Below, in pieces: positions 59,411 to 64,000 of a DNA stretch of 64,000 bases. The position numbers and the translations under genes are program-made. A model generated the notes under the pieces. That model saw only the letters and a program-made list of their open reading frames with translations. It searched no databases and was not told the origin of the DNA. The stretch covers positions 128,001-192,000 of the forward strand of contig CBDFFH010000047.1 of assembly GCA_965246715.1 (NCBI GenBank). The letters run 5' to 3'. Each line of letters starts with the position of its first letter. Position 1 is the first letter of the stretch. The DNA is from Chamaesiphon sp. Its GTDB lineage: Bacteria; Cyanobacteriota; Cyanobacteriia; Cyanobacteriales; Chamaesiphonaceae.

Positions 59411-62317
59411 ATGCCTCGTCCTAACTATGGTAATGCCGTCAAACAACGTGCCAGCCAGTTTTTTACTGTCTTGGTGGATTTTGCCAATGATGAATTAGAC
59501 ATCGAAGAGCGCCATTTAGACAACTTACAGCGCGATATCCAGTTGCATTGGCAAACTGACAAGCGATGTGTGGTGCGGACAAAGGTAAGATATTTAGAAA
59601 ATCTTACTCGCTTATCTGGGAGCGTAATTACTGGCGAACAGATCAAAGAATCGATTAAATGTCTGACCGATTTTCTGGGAATTATTGAAGATAATCGCCC
59701 TAGCAAAGGTGGCTCGGAAACTTGGCATTTCACCCTCAATTTATGGTACGACAGATTCGATCGATCTGCCAATCTTCAAAGATTCGATACCGAATGGGAG
59801 CAGAGGAGATCGCCTCGAAATTTAGTGGTTGCTGAAAATCGTCAATCGATCTGCGAAAAAAGTCTAACAACCGATCGATGGCTCGAGCTAGTTCGATCGA
59901 GTTTGACCGATCGACAGTATCAGCGGATTACCACCAATCCACTGATGATCGGGGAAGAACTTAAATTTAGCCTGGAAGAGGTCTATGTGCCGCTGGGCTT
60001 GATGGAAAGACAGCAACCGACTGTTTTTGACGTGCGAGACGATCGCGCTGATGAAGGAGAAGCAATCGGTGAAAGTACGTTGCCCGATGTCGATCGATTG
60101 TTGGCACAATTAGTCGCTAATCCCGCACCCAATCGGATTGGCATTATCGGCGAACCTGGTTCGGGGAAAACTACTTGTCTGCAAAGATTGGCAGCAGGAT
60201 TACTCGATCTGAAATTACTACCGATTTGGATTTCGCTGGCCGATCTTCAGGGGGAAACTTTAGAAAATTACCTCTTACAAGACTGGCTCAAGACAGCGAC
60301 TAGAAAGATAACAGTCGATCCGCAGCTCCAGCAAGATTTTGTCGCTCAATGCGATCGCGGTAATGTGTGGTTGCTATTAGATGCTGTCGATGAAATGGCC
60401 ATTGATGCGAGTATTTCGTTAGCAACTTTATCCCGGCAATTGCGTGGCTGGGTAGGTACGGCGCATATCATTTTGACATGTCGATCGAATGTCTGGGATA
60501 GCGGTAAAAATGCCCTAGAAAATTTTACTACTTATCGCAATCTCAGCTTGAGTCACGGCTATACTCATCCGCAAAATCAGGTGCGTCAATTTATTCAGGG
60601 GTGGTTTCGCGAGCGTCCCAACTTAGGAGATAATCTCGCGATCGAACTCGCCCAACCTCAATATCAAAGGTTGCGAGATGCGATTAAAAATCCCTTGCGG
60701 TTGGCATTACTATGTCGATCGTGGCTATTAACACAGGGTAAATTACCGAGTACCAAATCTAATCTATATCAACAATTTACCGAGACTATTTATGAATGGA
60801 AACAAGATCGATTTCCCACAACTTTAGCTCAACGCCAACAGTTAAATCGAGCATTGAGTCAACTTGCGCTCCATGCGATCGAAATCGATCGGATCCGTTT
60901 TCGGTTACCTCACGATCTCGTCCTGGAGATCCTCGAGCCAGATTTACTCGAACTCGCACTCCAATTAGGATGGCTGAATCGGGTTGGGATTGCAGTGGCT
61001 ACTGGAGCGAAGATTTATGCGTTTTATCACCCCACTTTTCAAGAATATTTTGCCGCCCGAGCGATAACCGATTGGCATTATTTTTTGCCATCGCGTAATC
61101 CGATCGATACACCCATTTTTAATCCGTATTGGCATGAAACAATTTTGTTCTGGTTTGGCAGAACGGATGTGGCGATCGAGGAAAAAGAAGCTTGTATTCG
61201 CGCTCTAATTAACTTTAATATCGATCGGGGAAAGTTCTATTATTATCGAGCTTACTTTATCGCAGCAGCGGCAATTGCCGAATTTCCGGAATCTGTAGAT
61301 ACTCAAGAGATTGTCGATCGCTTATTAGAGTGGCGATTTGCCACCTTTATTCCCGAGCAAAATTCCTGGCAATATTATCCAACACCAGTTCAAGATGGTG
61401 CGCGATTGGTACTCCGCCAAACCGATCGAGTTGCCGCAATTTCTGGCTTAGAAAGATTTCTCCGCACTGTCAAAAATCCGTTCTTGCGTTGGCAAGCCGC
61501 GCACAGTTTGGGCAAAGTCTTCGATCCGGGAAATCAGCTGGCGATCGAGGTCTTAATCGACTCATTAGCATCAGTCGATCGTAACGATCTGGCGATTAAA
61601 ATTTGCGAATCATTGGTAAAAATCGATCCTCAACCCAATCGCATCGCGATTGGGTTGCTCACTTTAATTATTCAGACAGGAGAACGCGAGTCGATTCAAC
61701 GGAAAGCTGCTTTTACGTTAGGTAAATTATTAGTAGAAAATTTACAGCACGATGAAAACAATCCGCTATTATCGCTGGTAATCGAGACACTCGTCCGGAC
61801 GATCGAATCTTCACCAGAGCGCGCCAATCGAATTGCGGCCTTAGCTAATCTCCGGCAGATCGCGCCGACTCATCCTGTAGCCCAACAGCAACTTGCCAGC
61901 GAGCGGACACCACCGAGTAGTTCTCGCCACCGGCGTAAAAAAGTAGCTCGCGAGCGAAATATTAGTATTGCGATCGCTGAACTCGAACAAAAATTAGCAA
62001 CTGTAAATAATGCCGAATCCCAACGTCGTTATGCATATCAACTCGGTAAATTTCAACCCGGACATCCGGTAGCGGTGGATGCTTTATTACAATTGATGTC
62101 ATCTCCCCAGCCGTCAAGTTTTTACAAACGCACGGGCGAGTATCTTAGAGAAATAGTCCTAGACGAACAATTGGCACTGGTAATTACGACATTGAAAGAT
62201 GCTGCAACAGCAGTGGAACATGGCGATCGAGCGACCTCGACCTTAGAATGTTACAAGCTACTCTGGTATTGCGCCGAGCGATTGCCCTATCAAGCGTTCG
62301 GTCAAATTTGGATGTAA
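59411..62317 (+). CDS. NACHT NTPase with C-terminal HEAT-like repeats
   Basis: VYVPL, GEPGSGKT, LLLDAVDE, NPLRL, FYHPTFQEYFAA; repeats such as RWQAAHSLG and RKAAFTLG; ORF starts 59360, likely ATG 59411. Confidence 0.9.
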   Translation: MPRPNYGNAVKQRASQFFTVLVDFANDELDIEERHLDNLQRDIQLHWQTDKRCVVRTKVRYLENLTRLSGSVITGEQIKESIKCLTDFLGIIEDNRPSKGGSETWHFTLNLWYDRFDRSANLQRFDTEWEQRRSPRNLVVAENRQSICEKSLTTDRWLELVRSSLTDRQYQRITTNPLMIGEELKFSLEEVYVPLGLMERQQPTVFDVRDDRADEGEAIGESTLPDVDRLLAQLVANPAPNRIGIIGEPGSGKTTCLQRLAAGLLDLKLLPIWISLADLQGETLENYLLQDWLKTATRKITVDPQLQQDFVAQCDRGNVWLLLDAVDEMAIDASISLATLSRQLRGWVGTAHIILTCRSNVWDSGKNALENFTTYRNLSLSHGYTHPQNQVRQFIQGWFRERPNLGDNLAIELAQPQYQRLRDAIKNPLRLALLCRSWLLTQGKLPSTKSNLYQQFTETIYEWKQDRFPTTLAQRQQLNRALSQLALHAIEIDRIRFRLPHDLVLEILEPDLLELALQLGWLNRVGIAVATGAKIYAFYHPTFQEYFAARAITDWHYFLPSRNPIDTPIFNPYWHETILFWFGRTDVAIEEKEACIRALINFNIDRGKFYYYRAYFIAAAAIAEFPESVDTQEIVDRLLEWRFATFIPEQNSWQYYPTPVQDGARLVLRQTDRVAAISGLERFLRTVKNPFLRWQAAHSLGKVFDPGNQLAIEVLIDSLASVDRNDLAIKICESLVKIDPQPNRIAIGLLTLIIQTGERESIQRKAAFTLGKLLVENLQHDENNPLLSLVIETLVRTIESSPERANRIAALANLRQIAPTHPVAQQQLASERTPPSSSRHRRKKVARERNISIAIAELEQKLATVNNAESQRRYAYQLGKFQPGHPVAVDALLQLMSSPQPSSFYKRTGEYLREIVLDEQLALVITTLKDAATAVEHGDRATSTLECYKLLWYCAERLPYQAFGQIWM

Positions 62318-62411
62318 TCATCCGACTTTCCTATTTACCAATGTCCGGCGATCGCCGATAATTGGGGACTAATTGTAAAAATCACAACACAAGCGGCAGA
62401 ACAGAAGATAC

Positions 62412-63269
62412 ATGGGAGTGATTTGGGAAATCGATTTTTACTCACGCCCCCTGGTTGATGAGCGACAGAAGAAGGTTTGGGAGTTATTGGTGTGTGAAAG
62501 TCCATCGACTACCCAACAATCAGCTACCGAGCTATTTCGCTACTCACAGTATTGTCCGAGCGATCGTGTAAATTCGCTGTGGTTGGGCGAAGCCTTACAA
62601 GCAGCAATGGCAGCAGCCAACCAATCCCCCCAGCGGATTCGCTTCTTTCGCCAGCAGATGAATAATATGATTACCAAAGCTTGTAAAGATATCGGCATTC
62701 CGTCAGCGGCAAGTCGGCGCACGATCGCGGTTCAGCAATGGTTAGACGAGCGAATGAGCCAAGTTTACCCCCAGCAGCCAAACTATCAACCGACGAACAA
62801 TCCCTCGGTGCAAATGTTTTCCGATCCGCCACAACCTTTGCCCGAAGCGCTGATCGGCGAAAAGTGGGCGTTTGTGAATCTGGCAGCCAGTCAGTTTGCG
62901 GAGATGAGCGATTGGCAAATCGGTTTTGGAGACGCGTTTCCGCTAGCAATGGTGGGAGTGACTCCAGAGATGCAAATTCCTGGCTTGATTTTATATTCGG
63001 GTCGAGCCGTACCGATGGCAGCCTGGATGTCCGGAGTGGAGATAGTCTCAGTCCGCTATCAACCCGCGCCCAAGTCTACGCTATTACTAGAAACAGGCGC
63101 TACTGACAGCTGGATTTTGGCGCGGCTAGATGGTACCACCCAGCAAGAAGCCGCTCGATTTGAGTCGGGCAAATCCCAAGCTCGTGGAGTCCATTTCATC
63201 GCCGTTCAAGATAACCCTGAGACTGAAGAGTTTGCAGGATTTTGGCTCTTGCACGAACCAAATAATTAA
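62412..63269 (+). CDS. Tab2/Atab2 family RNA-binding protein
   Basis: WEIDFYSRP, IRFFR, FAGFWLL. Confidence 0.9.
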   Translation: MGVIWEIDFYSRPLVDERQKKVWELLVCESPSTTQQSATELFRYSQYCPSDRVNSLWLGEALQAAMAAANQSPQRIRFFRQQMNNMITKACKDIGIPSAASRRTIAVQQWLDERMSQVYPQQPNYQPTNNPSVQMFSDPPQPLPEALIGEKWAFVNLAASQFAEMSDWQIGFGDAFPLAMVGVTPEMQIPGLILYSGRAVPMAAWMSGVEIVSVRYQPAPKSTLLLETGATDSWILARLDGTTQQEAARFESGKSQARGVHFIAVQDNPETEEFAGFWLLHEPNN

Positions 63270-63725
63270 GGCCGATCTGACATCCCCCAACGCCTGTCTT
63301 GTCGCTTTTTCGATCGGGGACAACCAGCCAGAGCAGGGTGGACATTGCCCACAGACAGGTTCGAGCCAGTCGTGCTCTCAGCAGTATCCCTTGTTTGTCA
63401 CTCTGGAAGCTCTAAAATCACACTCGATCGATAGAACCAGCCTTGCTCGATCGATCGGCAGATCGGTTGCTAACAGTTCCAATTTTCACACTCCCCAATT
63501 CTAAAATGTTAGAAAATACGACCCAAAACCCAACCGAGAAACTAATCAGAGAGATTTACTAATTTCACACCTTAGCGAGAGTGACAAATGAGGGGTCTAG
63601 CGGTTCCCAATCGAATGAGGTACAGTTACTAGCCACTGTCTCAATGCGCTAAAGCCTCGGGGAACCCGTAGACGAGCGAAACGAGGCGTGTCGAAGACGG
63701 AGCGCACATCGCTAGAACAAAGCCA

Positions 63726-63905
63726 GTAGGGTGGGCACTGCCCACCGATATGTGTGAGCTTATTATTATGTCACGAGTATTCTGTGTCGCACCGTTGAAT
63801 GATGGCTAGGAAACAGTAAATAGCAAAATTAGTTGAGTATGACAATATCGATATTTAGAAGCTTGAGATAGCCGCCAATCCAGCTGTGGGCAGTGCCCAC
63901 CCTAC
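63726..63905. repeat. Inverted GTAG-type REP doublet
   Basis: gtagggtgggcactgcccacc ... gtgggcagtgcccaccctac; a degenerate unit also lies at ~63333-63352. Confidence 0.85.
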
Positions 63906-63951
63906 CGAATTATTTTCACCTAAACCCTAAACTCCAATCCCCCATCGCCCA

Positions 63952-64000
63952 ATGGACATCGCCGAACAACTTTTAGATCTAGCGAATAAAGCAGGAGCCG
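63952..64000 (+). CDS. Start of probable TldD/PmbA-family protein (truncated by window end)
   Basis: MDIAEQLLDLANKAGA resembles the PmbA/TldE N-terminus; only 16 codons visible. Confidence 0.45.
   Translation, partial: MDIAEQLLDLANKAGA

Noticed and set aside
63270..63720. 6S RNA, tmRNA, RNase P RNA or a known riboswitch
   Set aside because: No diagnostic conserved motifs recognised

Overview
Cyanobacterial chromosomal window. Evidence: photosystem genes, prk, petH, and very frequent CGATCG (HIP1-core) sites. The PEP-CTERM tail style and the variable HIP1 flanks suggest a Chamaesiphon-like organism (inference). Most genes are housekeeping: gltX 3' end, menH, a phosphohexomutase, mnmE, psaI, rubA-ycf48-psbEFLJ, typA, recJ, psbZ-ribH, prk, petH, trxA, moaC, ubiC, guaB3, ftn2, an S1-domain protein and Tab2. 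RNA genes are tRNA-Arg(ACG) and the sRNA Yfr1. Two complete IS elements are present (ISL3 and IS4 families). The most unusual layer is intergenic: a modular set of small non-autonomous elements. A four-hairpin REP-like core occurs alone or wrapped in two different terminal-inverted-repeat (TIR) pairs, often abutting stop codons. A ~51-bp element sits in hairpin apices without target-site duplication (TSD). At 37.3-39.3 kb these elements are nested around the IS4. Other points of interest: a RexT/TrxA2 redox locus whose operator-like palindrome recurs in front of an Old Yellow Enzyme gene, a GluR0-like channel lacking the K+ filter, a frameshifted PEP-CTERM gene, an orphan ATP-grasp gene, toxin-antitoxin-like modules and a NACHT-HEAT protein. 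All calls come from reading the sequence; no searches were run.
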